This document shows, piece by piece, positions 55,308-63,661 of a stretch of DNA of 64,000 bases (within the stretch, counting starts at the first letter, position 1; each line of letters begins with the position of its first letter). Source of the DNA: Methanobacteriota archaeon (lineage in GTDB: Archaea > Thermoplasmatota > Thermoplasmata > Thermoplasmatales > Aciduliprofundaceae); assembly GCA_013154005.1 (NCBI GenBank), contig JAADDK010000002.1:1729-65728 (forward strand), given 5' to 3'. The notes beneath the pieces were generated by a model, which made no database searches, had not been told where the DNA came from, and saw only the letters and a program-made list of their open reading frames with translations. Position numbers and translations under genes: made by a program.

Positions 55308-55833
55308 AATCGACCCCGCTCCAGAGGAAGTGGAGGCGGGAGAAAGCACCGTGAAAAAAGCGCTGCATCTGTTCCCTCCCGGAATCCTCTGGAAATTCGT
55401 ACTTGTGGGGTTACTCGGTTTTTTCACACAATATTTTGTTCTTACCTATATCGATAAAACGCTCGATGTGGATATAACTCGCTGGCCGTTCTGGGTCTCT
55501 GTGGAGGCGGGCATAATTGTGACATTCATACTGAATGACCAGTGGGTTTTCAAGACTGATTACAAAAATTCCATATTCATACGGTTTCTGAGTTACGAAG
55601 GCACGCTTTTCATAGGCGCCATATTTCAGTGGCTTCTGTTTATGGTGTTCTACGCACACATATTATTTGTGGGAAACAGGTTCTGGGCCAATGCGTGGGC
55701 GGTGTTCTTCGCAACAATATGGAACTACATAATAATGCGCAAATTTATCTTTAAGGGTGGAGAAGATGAGGATAGCGATAATGGGAGCGGGAGCGCTGGG
55801 AAGCACACTGGGAGCGATACTGTCAAAGAATAA
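55300..55833 (+). CDS. GtrA-family membrane protein
   Basis: Contains KFVLVGLLGFFTQYFVLTYI and NDQWVFK, with four TM helices. The acidic or low-complexity tail overlaps the next gene and may not be genuine. Confidence 0.65.
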   Translation: MSEIDPAPEEVEAGESTVKKALHLFPPGILWKFVLVGLLGFFTQYFVLTYIDKTLDVDITRWPFWVSVEAGIIVTFILNDQWVFKTDYKNSIFIRFLSYEGTLFIGAIFQWLLFMVFYAHILFVGNRFWANAWAVFFATIWNYIIMRKFIFKGGEDEDSDNGSGSAGKHTGSDTVKE

Positions 55834-56617
55834 CGATGTGCTGCTGGTCACGCGTGGAAAGCATCTGTCTGCAATACGGGAAAACGGGTTGAAAGTTGAA
55901 GGACTGCTGTCTGGGACATTTTATCTTGATGCGGAGCGCAATTATCCCGGCGGCTATGATGTGATAATATTCACCGTGAAAGCATATCAGACTCGAGACG
56001 CAAAAGAGGCAGTTAAGAAGGTATATTCGGGAGAAACGGTGCTTACGTTTCAGAACGGTGTGGGTGTAGTGGAGCTTTTGTCAGAGTTCGATGTTGTGCC
56101 GGGAAGCACGAGCATGGGTGCAACGCTGGTGGCACCGGGGCATGTGCGATATGCAGGAGATGGGGATACTTTTATCGGCGAGTTAAATGGAGAGCTAACT
56201 TCGCGCGTTAAAGAAATCGCCGATAATTTTACCGAATGTGGACTTAACACTCTTGCGGTGAGCGATATCATGGCACGGCGCTGGATCAAGACTGCGGTAA
56301 ATGCGTGCATTAACCCGCTCACCGCCGTGCTGGGTGTGAGAAACGGAGCTTTGATGCACAGAGATTTGCAGTCTATCGTGCGCTGTGTGGCGGAAGAGTG
56401 CGAGGCGGTGCTGCGGGAGCGAGGCATAGATGCAGATGTTTACCGTGAGGCACTCAAAGTGATTAAACGCACGGCGGATAACGAATCGAGCATGTACCAG
56501 GACATTAAAAACAGAAAAAGAACAGAGGTGGACTACATACTGGGTCCGTTTGTGGCGGGCAACTGCAATCGCACTCTGTATCATATGGTCAAATATCTGG
56601 AGAAAAAAACATTATAG
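55766..56617 (+). CDS. panE: 2-dehydropantoate 2-reductase (ketopantoate reductase family)
   Basis: Has the Rossmann N-terminus MRIAIMGAGALGSTLGAILSK, plus VKAYQT and the KTAVNACINPLTAVLG motif region. Confidence 0.7.
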   Translation: MRIAIMGAGALGSTLGAILSKNNDVLLVTRGKHLSAIRENGLKVEGLLSGTFYLDAERNYPGGYDVIIFTVKAYQTRDAKEAVKKVYSGETVLTFQNGVGVVELLSEFDVVPGSTSMGATLVAPGHVRYAGDGDTFIGELNGELTSRVKEIADNFTECGLNTLAVSDIMARRWIKTAVNACINPLTAVLGVRNGALMHRDLQSIVRCVAEECEAVLRERGIDADVYREALKVIKRTADNESSMYQDIKNRKRTEVDYILGPFVAGNCNRTLYHMVKYLEKKTL

Positions 56618-56638
56618 TTCCTGCGCTTTTCACCTCAT

Positions 56639-57340
56639 ATGGGGCTCAGAGAAGACATTGAAGAAAAGATGAAAGAGTGCGAGCTGGTAGTTGTGTACCC
56701 GCAGAGCCCCGTTTATCGAGTTGCATATATGCTCGCCCGCACAGTTTTTCCTGCCATTGAAGAGAACCCGATTGCGCCGGTGTTTGGGTATCGTGGCCGG
56801 ATTTACGGATTTGAAGAAGATGAAAATTTAACGGAGATTCTGGTGCAGAGAGATTATCGAAATGTGTGCCGGATAAATGCCAGAGTGAACTGGAACAAAA
56901 ACCGGGTGCGCGATTTTCTTGCCGTGATGAAAAAATACGATGACGGTCGCGTGTTTTTCAGATACGTGCTTGTGGGGATACTGGGTATAGTTCTCAATCT
57001 GTTTTTCTTTTTTCTCCTCTACATAGTTGTGGGAATAAATGATATTATTGCGCTATTTATAGCGATTGAGCTGAGCATACTTGTAACGTTCTTTGCAAAC
57101 AATTACTGGGTGTATTTCAATCGTGTGTACACGCGCAGTATGGCTTGGAGAATTGGTATGTATCATTTTACAATGCTGGCGGGGATAGTAATCAATGTTG
57201 TCACCTACAAAATACTGTTCTGGATTGGCGAGAATTACCTTCTTGCTGATCTGTTCGGCATACTTCTATCTAGCGTATGGAATTTTTACATGACAAACGT
57301 CCACGTATTCTTCGCGCAGTACCAGAAGATGGAAAAATGA
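56639..57340 (+). CDS. GtrA-like membrane protein with a soluble N-terminal domain of about 100 aa
   Basis: The C-terminal half is FFRYVLVGILGIVLNLFFFFLLY...FFANNYWVYF, as in the GtrA family. Confidence 0.6.
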   Translation: MGLREDIEEKMKECELVVVYPQSPVYRVAYMLARTVFPAIEENPIAPVFGYRGRIYGFEEDENLTEILVQRDYRNVCRINARVNWNKNRVRDFLAVMKKYDDGRVFFRYVLVGILGIVLNLFFFFLLYIVVGINDIIALFIAIELSILVTFFANNYWVYFNRVYTRSMAWRIGMYHFTMLAGIVINVVTYKILFWIGENYLLADLFGILLSSVWNFYMTNVHVFFAQYQKMEK

Positions 57341-57346
57341 GTTTTT

Positions 57347-57486
57347 GAAGCGCGGGGAGGGGGATTTTGAGCCCAAACGGGCGATGAACACCCTCCATAG
57401 TGATTGAACAAAGTGAAAGCGCGGGGAGGGGGATTGCGAGCTGAAAAGTGAGTTTCACCCTCCATAGCGATTGAATGAAATGAAAG
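57347..57486 (-). repeat. Two tandem 67-69-bp units, each carrying a copy of the tRNA-Ser 3' terminus plus trailer
   Basis: GA(A)AGCGCGGGGAGGGGGATT occurs at 57347, 57415 and 57482 (the last is the tRNA itself). Both units also share CACCCTCCATAG(T/C)GATTGAA. Confidence 0.9.
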
Positions 57487-57568
57487 CGCGGGGAGGGGGA
57501 TTTGAACCCCCGCGGGCAATAGCCCAATGGCTTAGCAGGCCATCGCCGTACCGCTCGGCCATCCCCGC
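57487..57568 (-). tRNA. tRNA-Ser (anticodon GCU), long variable arm
   Basis: The reverse complement is GCGGGGATGGCCGAGCGGTACGGCGATGGCCTGCTAAGCCATTGGGCTATTGCCCGCGGGGGTTCAAATCCCCCTCCCCGCG. The anticodon loop is CTGCTAA. TATA TTTTATATAT is centred about 28 nt upstream. Confidence 0.9.
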
Positions 57569-57697
57569 CAGACGGGAAATGTGAGTTTCCATATATAAAA
57601 TTATCCCGAGAGCCTGTTTTATTTTCAGATATTTGCATTGATGAGTATGGATTGGGTAATATGAAAACATTTATCTTAAATAAAGCATGCGGAGTGT

Positions 57698-58210
57698 ATG
57701 CGTGCATTACTGATTGGAAGATTTCAGCCGTTTCACAATGGACATATGGAAGTGGTAAAATACATAATTGAGAGGTACGAGGCTGTGATTATAGGAATCG
57801 GCAGTGCTCAGGACTCGCATACACTTGACAATCCGTTCACCGCCGGTGAGAGACATCTTATGATTTCTCGCAGTCTGGAGAATGAGGGCATTCATGATTA
57901 TTATCTTGTGCCGATTGAAGACCTGCACCGCAATTCGGTGTGGGTTGCGCATGTGGAGTCCATTGCCCCGCCATTCGACGTGGTGTTTGCGAATAACCCG
58001 CTCACAAAGCGGCTTTTCTACGAGAAGGGTTATAAGGTGGTGGTTCCTCCGTTCTACGACCGCTCTAAATACTCTGGAAAGGAGGTTAGAAGACGCATAA
58101 TTAAAGGTGAGAGCTGGGAGCATCTCGTTCCTGCCGGCGTGGCCGAGACAATTAAGGAAATAGATGGCATATCGCGTCTTCGCGCACTGGCCCAGAGCGA
58201 CGACGAGTAA
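57698..58210 (+). CDS. nadM: Nicotinamide-nucleotide adenylyltransferase (archaeal NMNAT)
   Basis: Contains MRALLIGRFQPFHNGHMEVVKYI, IGIGSAQ and the SGKEVRRRI motif. Confidence 0.9.
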   Translation: MRALLIGRFQPFHNGHMEVVKYIIERYEAVIIGIGSAQDSHTLDNPFTAGERHLMISRSLENEGIHDYYLVPIEDLHRNSVWVAHVESIAPPFDVVFANNPLTKRLFYEKGYKVVVPPFYDRSKYSGKEVRRRIIKGESWEHLVPAGVAETIKEIDGISRLRALAQSDDE

Positions 58211-58271
58211 TACACAAATCTGTCCAATAACCTTTTTATTATACACAATTATGACCCACGCGGTGATTGAT

Positions 58272-58706
58272 ATGAAGATTTGTGTTGCTTCATCAGGAAG
58301 TGGCGGGTTAGAAGACACTGTGAGCCCGCAGTTTGGCAGATGTCCCACCTTCACAGTGGTCGAGGTTGAAGGTGGCGAGATACGCAACGTTTATGTGATT
58401 CCGAATCCGGGTGCCAGCGCAGCCAGCGGTGCGGGCATACAGGCCGCTCAGACGGTGGTCAATGAGGGCTGCAACGTGGCAATTGCCGGTGCGATAGGCC
58501 CCAATTCTGCTCAGGTTCTGGCCATGGCCGGGGTGGACATGCGAGGCTCTTCCCCTATCCGAATCGCCGATGCGATTCAGCAGTATCTCACCACAGGATT
58601 GCCCCCTGCGCAGAGCGGAGGCGGCATGGGCGGTGGCCGCGGTATGGGCAGAGGCGGCGGAATGGGCCGTGGTCGAGGTATGGGACGAGGACGCGGTGGC
58701 TGGTAA
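58272..58706 (+). CDS. NifB/NifX-family (dinitrogenase FeMo-cofactor-binding-like) protein with a Gly/Arg/Met repeat tail
   Basis: Contains MKICVASSGSGGLEDTVSPQFGRCPTFTVVEV and GIQAAQTVVNEGCNVAIAGAIGPNS. The tail is GGGMGGGRGMGRGGGMGRGRGMGRGRGGW. Confidence 0.7.
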   Translation: MKICVASSGSGGLEDTVSPQFGRCPTFTVVEVEGGEIRNVYVIPNPGASAASGAGIQAAQTVVNEGCNVAIAGAIGPNSAQVLAMAGVDMRGSSPIRIADAIQQYLTTGLPPAQSGGGMGGGRGMGRGGGMGRGRGMGRGRGGW

Positions 58707-58718
58707 AGAGGTGAGCGT

Positions 58719-59582
58719 ATGAAAATAACCGTCACCGGCGGTAAGGGTGGCACTGGTAAAAGCACAGTGGCCACCAATCTGGCCTGGATCCTGAGCAAGC
58801 GTCATAAAGTTGTGCTCGTGGACGCAGATGTGGAATGCCCTGACGATTACATACTTCTCAATTCAAAGTTAGACGCACAGGAAGACGTGAACCTGTTCAA
58901 GCCTAAATTCAACTACGATATATGCACGGGTTGCGGATTGTGTGTCGAGAACTGCAGCGAGAACGCACTCGTGCAGTTCAAGAACGGCAAGCCATTTCTC
59001 ATGCCCACACTTTGCTCTGGCTGTTTCACCTGCAAGCTTATCTGTCCTGAGGACGGTGCAATACTCGACGATTATCGGCTTGTGGGCTATACGTATCGTA
59101 CCCGTATCTCTGACACACTTGAGCTTGTTACCGGACTTCTTGCCGAGGGCGAGGAGCGCTCTTATCCAACGGTGCTTGCAGCCCGGAGACGTGCAATGGA
59201 AATACCCGCGGATATTCACGTATTTGACACGATGCCCGGCACCGGGAACCATGTTGCAGCAGCCATCGAAGATTCAAAAGTGGTAATCACGGTATCCGAG
59301 CCCACTCCGCTTGGTGAGCATGATTTGGAAATGATTCTCAAGCTACTCAACAAACTGAACCTAAAGGCGTGGATTGTGGTGAATCGCAGTGATATCGGCG
59401 ATATGGAACGACACAGAAAAATCGCAGAAAAATACGGTGGAGAAATAATCGCGGAGATTCCCATGTATGAAGAGATAATGAAAAGTTACGTTGCAGGCGT
59501 GCCTGTTGTGGAAAAGTACCCGGAAAGCGAAGCTGCCCGAATATTTGAGAGTATAGCAAAGCGAATTGAGGAGGTGCTTTAA
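58719..59582 (+). CDS. MinD/ParA-type P-loop ATPase with an inserted 2x[4Fe-4S] ferredoxin domain
   Basis: Contains ITVTGGKGGTGKSTVATNLA, with ferredoxin Cys motifs CTGCGLCVENC and CSGCFTCKLICP. Confidence 0.85.
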   Translation: MKITVTGGKGGTGKSTVATNLAWILSKRHKVVLVDADVECPDDYILLNSKLDAQEDVNLFKPKFNYDICTGCGLCVENCSENALVQFKNGKPFLMPTLCSGCFTCKLICPEDGAILDDYRLVGYTYRTRISDTLELVTGLLAEGEERSYPTVLAARRRAMEIPADIHVFDTMPGTGNHVAAAIEDSKVVITVSEPTPLGEHDLEMILKLLNKLNLKAWIVVNRSDIGDMERHRKIAEKYGGEIIAEIPMYEEIMKSYVAGVPVVEKYPESEAARIFESIAKRIEEVL

Positions 59583-60464
59583 ATGGAGCTTCTAATTGCG
59601 AGCGGCAAAGGCGGAGTGGGTAAGAGCACCATAACCGCGTCGCTAATATCGCTGCTCAGCAAGGATTTCAAGATTGCGGCGGTTGATGCCGATGCCGAAG
59701 CGCCGAACCTTCATATCCTGTTCGGTGTGCATGACTGGGACCGGGTGGAAGAGTTCTCCGCAGCAAAAACCGCGTATATAACCGATGCCTGCACAAATTG
59801 CGGGCTGTGTAAAGATGTGTGCGTTTATGAGGCTATTTACGAGAAAGATGGCATGCATCATATTAAGTCCTATATCTGTGAGGGCTGTGGTGCGTGCAGC
59901 ATAGTTTGTCCGGTGGACGCTATTCGCATAACGGATACCATCTCCGGGTGGCTTAAGGTGGGCACCACCAAATACGGCCCATTGGTCAGCGCCGAGCTCG
60001 ACGTGGGCAAGCCCAACAGCGGAAAATTGGTTACGGAAGAGAAGAAAATTGCGAGAGACTGGGTAAAAGAGGGAAAAGCCGAGCATATAATTATAGATGC
60101 AGCCGCCGGAATAGGGTGTCAGGTGATTGCCTCCATAAGCGGCGTGAACCTTGCAATACTCATCGCTGAGCCCACACCTTCCAGTTTGAGCGACCTGAAG
60201 AGAATGTACGGCCTTGCAAAGCATTTTGGAGTGCCGTCCAAGCTGGTTATAAATAAAGACGGAATCAATCCCGATTACCGCGGGCTGGAAGAGTTTGCAG
60301 AGGAAAACAATATAGAGATTATAGGGCGCGTTCCATACGATTCCTCGGTGCCCAGAGCCATCACCGCCCTTCGTCCGCTGGTGGAATACGCCCCTGACTC
60401 TCCTGCCAGCCGGGCCATTGTGGAGATAGCGGATAAAGTAAAGGGGTGGTTCGATGCAAGATGA
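59583..60464 (+). CDS. Second MinD/ParA-type P-loop ATPase with an inserted 2x[4Fe-4S] ferredoxin domain
   Basis: Contains [18 protein letters not shown], with ferredoxin Cys motifs CTNCGLCKDVC and CEGCGACSIVCP. Confidence 0.85.
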   Translation: MELLIASGKGGVGKSTITASLISLLSKDFKIAAVDADAEAPNLHILFGVHDWDRVEEFSAAKTAYITDACTNCGLCKDVCVYEAIYEKDGMHHIKSYICEGCGACSIVCPVDAIRITDTISGWLKVGTTKYGPLVSAELDVGKPNSGKLVTEEKKIARDWVKEGKAEHIIIDAAAGIGCQVIASISGVNLAILIAEPTPSSLSDLKRMYGLAKHFGVPSKLVINKDGINPDYRGLEEFAEENNIEIIGRVPYDSSVPRAITALRPLVEYAPDSPASRAIVEIADKVKGWFDAR

Positions 60465-60831
60465 GGAGATTATAAAATACCTGCTAAAAGAGTGTGGCGG
60501 GCTGCACCCCTACTACATAATTCACATACTCGCGCTGCTTGATTTGGAATATATTGAGAGCACGGGCCGAAAATTGACGGGCATAGACTACCAGAAATCC
60601 GAGTATGGATTTTACAGCAACGCGCTCCCCCAGATTCTTGAGAAGATAGGTGTGGAAAAGGTCAGCGACGAAAACGGCAATTATCTGAAACTGAAGAATG
60701 AAAAAGAAGCGGTGCATCTTCCGGAAGATATCAAAAATAAGGTGAACTCTATACTTGATTACTTCTGTGATCTGAGCGATGCGGAGATGCATATGAGAGT
60801 GCTCAACGCGAAGCATTACAGTGAGTTATAG
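60454..60831 (+). CDS. Hypothetical protein, possibly Panacea/SocA (DUF4065)-like
   Basis: HILALLDLEYIESTGRKLTGIDYQKSEYGFYSNALPQIL loosely matches the DUF4065 pattern. It overlaps the upstream ATPase gene by 11 nt. Confidence 0.3.
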   Translation: MQDEEIIKYLLKECGGLHPYYIIHILALLDLEYIESTGRKLTGIDYQKSEYGFYSNALPQILEKIGVEKVSDENGNYLKLKNEKEAVHLPEDIKNKVNSILDYFCDLSDAEMHMRVLNAKHYSEL

Positions 60832-60926
60832 TTTCAAACGGTTTTTAATTTTTAGGCAACTATTATTTTTGTTTTGGCCATTAAAAATATTAACTGTGAT
60901 GCTATACCCCATATTGAGGTGAGAGC

Positions 60927-63374
60927 ATGGCGGGGAAAGATTACAAGGATATGTCCGTTGAAGAGGTACTCAGGGAGTTCAACACAGACCCGGAGCACGG
61001 CCTTTCTTCAGCAGAAGTTAAAAAGCGCCTTGAAAAATATGGATACAACGAGATTCCCGAAAAAAAGGTAAATCCTGTGATAAAGTTTTTGTCGTATTTC
61101 TGGGGGCCGATTCCATGGATGATTGAAATTGCCGCGATTTTAAGTGCTTTAATTCAGCACTGGGTTGATTTCTGGATTATATTCTCCCTGCTTCTGGTAA
61201 ATGGAATCATTGGATTCTGGCAGGAGCATAAGGCGGAGAACATAATAGAGTTTCTTAAAAACAAGCTATCTCTGACTGCCAGGGTGCTGAGAGATGGAGA
61301 ATGGAAAACCATTCCTGCCCGTGAATTGGTGCCGGGAGATATAGTGCGTATTAGAATGGGTGACATAGCGCCGGCAGATATCAAGCTCCTTGATGGGGAT
61401 TATGTGAATGTGGACGAGTCTGTGCTCACTGGAGAATCAGTCCCCGTATCCAAGAAAAGAGGAGAGATTGTTTATTCAGGCTCGCACGTTAAGCGAGGTG
61501 AGATGACGGGAGTGGTTGTGGCCACAGGATTGCATACTTACTTTGGTAAAACTGTGCAGCTTGTGCAGATTGCCAAGAGTGAGAGCAAATATCAGAAATT
61601 GGTGACTAAGATAGGCAATTATCTCATTCTGATTACAATCTTCCTTGTGAGCGCAGTGGCAATAGTGCAATTGCACCGTGGTATGGACCCTCTCGAGCTA
61701 CTTCGTTTCTCGCTGGTTCTTGTTGTGGCGGCCATTCCTGCAGCACTTCCTGCGGTGCTATCCATTACCATGGCCATCGGCGCTTATGAGCTTGCAAAAA
61801 AGCATGCTATAGTTACCAAGTTGGTTGCCATTGAGGAGCTTGCAGGTGTGGATACCCTGTGTGCCGATAAAACCGGCACGCTGACTTTGAATAAACTCAC
61901 GGTTGGTGAGGTCATACCTCTTAACGGGCACACCAGTGAAGATGTGATACTTTATGCGTCACTTGCCTCTGTGGAGGAAAATAAAGACCCGATAGATCTG
62001 GCGGTTCTGGGGGCAATGAAAAAGATGTCTCTGGAAAGCGTCTATAAGAAATACAAGCAACTTAAATTCACTCCTTTTGATCCAGTTATAAAGAGAACCG
62101 AAGCTGTTGTACGTGGAGATGACGGGGAGTTTAGTGTTGCAAAGGGCGCTCCACAGGTTATACTTCAACTCACTGAGGCCGATGAACAGACAAAAGAGAA
62201 GGTCTCTGAGATTGTCAATGAGAACGCACATCGTGGCTACCGAATAATAGGTGTGGCCGTCAAAAAAACCGATAAATGGGAACTCGTGGGTTTGATACCG
62301 CTGTATGATCCGCCCAGAAAAGATGCGGCAGAGACCATCAGGTTCCTGAAGGAAAATGGCATAAGAGTGAAAATGATTACTGGAGACCATCTTTCCATAG
62401 CTCAGGAAATTGCAAAGCAGCTTGATATTGGAAAGAACATTTATCCATATCAGGTTCTCAAAGCCTCGCATCAGTCAAAAAGAGAGGAGTTTATAGAGCG
62501 CGCTGACGGCTTTGCAGAGGTGTTTCCCGAGCACAAATTCACTATTGTGGAAACTTTGCAGAAGAATGGACACACCGTAGCCATGACCGGTGATGGAGTC
62601 AACGACGCTCCGGCGCTGAAAAAAGCAGATGTGGGTATAGCGGTGGCGGGAGCCACTGATGCGGCCCGGTCTGCTGCAGGCATAGCCCTGCTTAAAGAGG
62701 GTATCTCCGTAATAAAGGATGCAGTAGTGACCTCACGAAAAATCTTCAAAAGAATGTACAGTTATGTAATCTACCGTATCACGGAAACGATCAGGGTTCT
62801 CTTTTTCATCACACTGGCAATACTCGCGTTTAATTTCTATCCCATAACACCGGTGCTCATCATACTTCTTGCGCTTCTCAATGATATACCCATTCTTACC
62901 ATTGCTTACGATAATGTGAAAATTGATAAGAAACCGGAGAAGTGGGAAATGCATAAGATTCTAACTCTTTCAACTGCGCTGGGATTGCTGGGTGTGATAG
63001 AGACGTTTTTGCTGCTGTGGATTGCGGTGAAGTACTTTGGGATATCCACGACGAACAATGTGGCAATGCTTCAAACCTTAATCTTTCTGAAATTGGCTGT
63101 TGCGGGACATCTTACAATATTTGTAACGCGTACAAAGGGCCCCTTCTGGAGCATCATGCCAGGGAAAGGACTGCTATGGAGCGCAGTGGGTACAAAGGCA
63201 CTGGCCACCGTGATTGCAGTTTACGGATTCGGGCTTGCAGGGGCACTTCCACTATGGCTGGCGGGCTTTATATGGCTGTACTGTATATTCTGGTTCTTTG
63301 TGGAAGATGCCACAAAGCAGGCGGTGTATAAGATGATGGAAGGCCATCATCTGTTTGGAAAGAGCTATTTCTAA
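60927..63374 (+). CDS. P-type ATPase, type IIIA (plasma-membrane H+-ATPase-like)
   Basis: Motifs seen: TGES, CADKTGTLTLNKL, MITGDH and MTGDGVNDAPALKKADVGIAV. Overall layout and length match PMA1/AHA-type pumps. Confidence 0.9.
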   Translation: MAGKDYKDMSVEEVLREFNTDPEHGLSSAEVKKRLEKYGYNEIPEKKVNPVIKFLSYFWGPIPWMIEIAAILSALIQHWVDFWIIFSLLLVNGIIGFWQEHKAENIIEFLKNKLSLTARVLRDGEWKTIPARELVPGDIVRIRMGDIAPADIKLLDGDYVNVDESVLTGESVPVSKKRGEIVYSGSHVKRGEMTGVVVATGLHTYFGKTVQLVQIAKSESKYQKLVTKIGNYLILITIFLVSAVAIVQLHRGMDPLELLRFSLVLVVAAIPAALPAVLSITMAIGAYELAKKHAIVTKLVAIEELAGVDTLCADKTGTLTLNKLTVGEVIPLNGHTSEDVILYASLASVEENKDPIDLAVLGAMKKMSLESVYKKYKQLKFTPFDPVIKRTEAVVRGDDGEFSVAKGAPQVILQLTEADEQTKEKVSEIVNENAHRGYRIIGVAVKKTDKWELVGLIPLYDPPRKDAAETIRFLKENGIRVKMITGDHLSIAQEIAKQLDIGKNIYPYQVLKASHQSKREEFIERADGFAEVFPEHKFTIVETLQKNGHTVAMTGDGVNDAPALKKADVGIAVAGATDAARSAAGIALLKEGISVIKDAVVTSRKIFKRMYSYVIYRITETIRVLFFITLAILAFNFYPITPVLIILLALLNDIPILTIAYDNVKIDKKPEKWEMHKILTLSTALGLLGVIETFLLLWIAVKYFGISTTNNVAMLQTLIFLKLAVAGHLTIFVTRTKGPFWSIMPGKGLLWSAVGTKALATVIAVYGFGLAGALPLWLAGFIWLYCIFWFFVEDATKQAVYKMMEGHHLFGKSYF

Positions 63375-63406
63375 ATCTTTTTAATTTTTTTCCACATGCC
63401 CTTTCT

Positions 63407-63661
63407 ATGGATATACGAGATGCGCAGAAATTTATTGAGGATACTTACGGAGCGATGGACCGTGAACGTGGTATTCATGCAGACCTGGTGTGGCTTGGTG
63501 AGGAAGTTGGAGAGCTTTTCAAGGCCGTTCGAGAAAACGAAGGCATAGAAGAAGAAATAGCCGATGTGTTTGCGTGGCTTCTCTCTGTTGCAAATGTTCT
63601 TGGGGTAGATGTCGAAAAAGCGTTTAAGGCAAAGTATCTTACTGGAGATCCTCCATTGTGA
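63407..63661 (+). CDS. MazG-like nucleotide pyrophosphohydrolase (small single-domain type)
   Basis: Contains WLGEEVGELFKAVRENE and EEEIADVFAWLLSVANVLGVDVEKAF, which supply the EExxE/D metal ligands. Confidence 0.7.
   Translation: MDIRDAQKFIEDTYGAMDRERGIHADLVWLGEEVGELFKAVRENEGIEEEIADVFAWLLSVANVLGVDVEKAFKAKYLTGDPPL

Noticed and set aside
55757-55833. A 77-nt overlap between the GtrA-family gene and the ketopantoate-reductase-like gene as a possible dual-coding region.
   Set aside because: The overlapping part of the GtrA ORF encodes a low-complexity acidic/Gly-Ser tail (GGEDEDSDNGSGSAGKHTGSDTVKE). This is most simply read-through past the functional end, with no evidence of selection on both frames.
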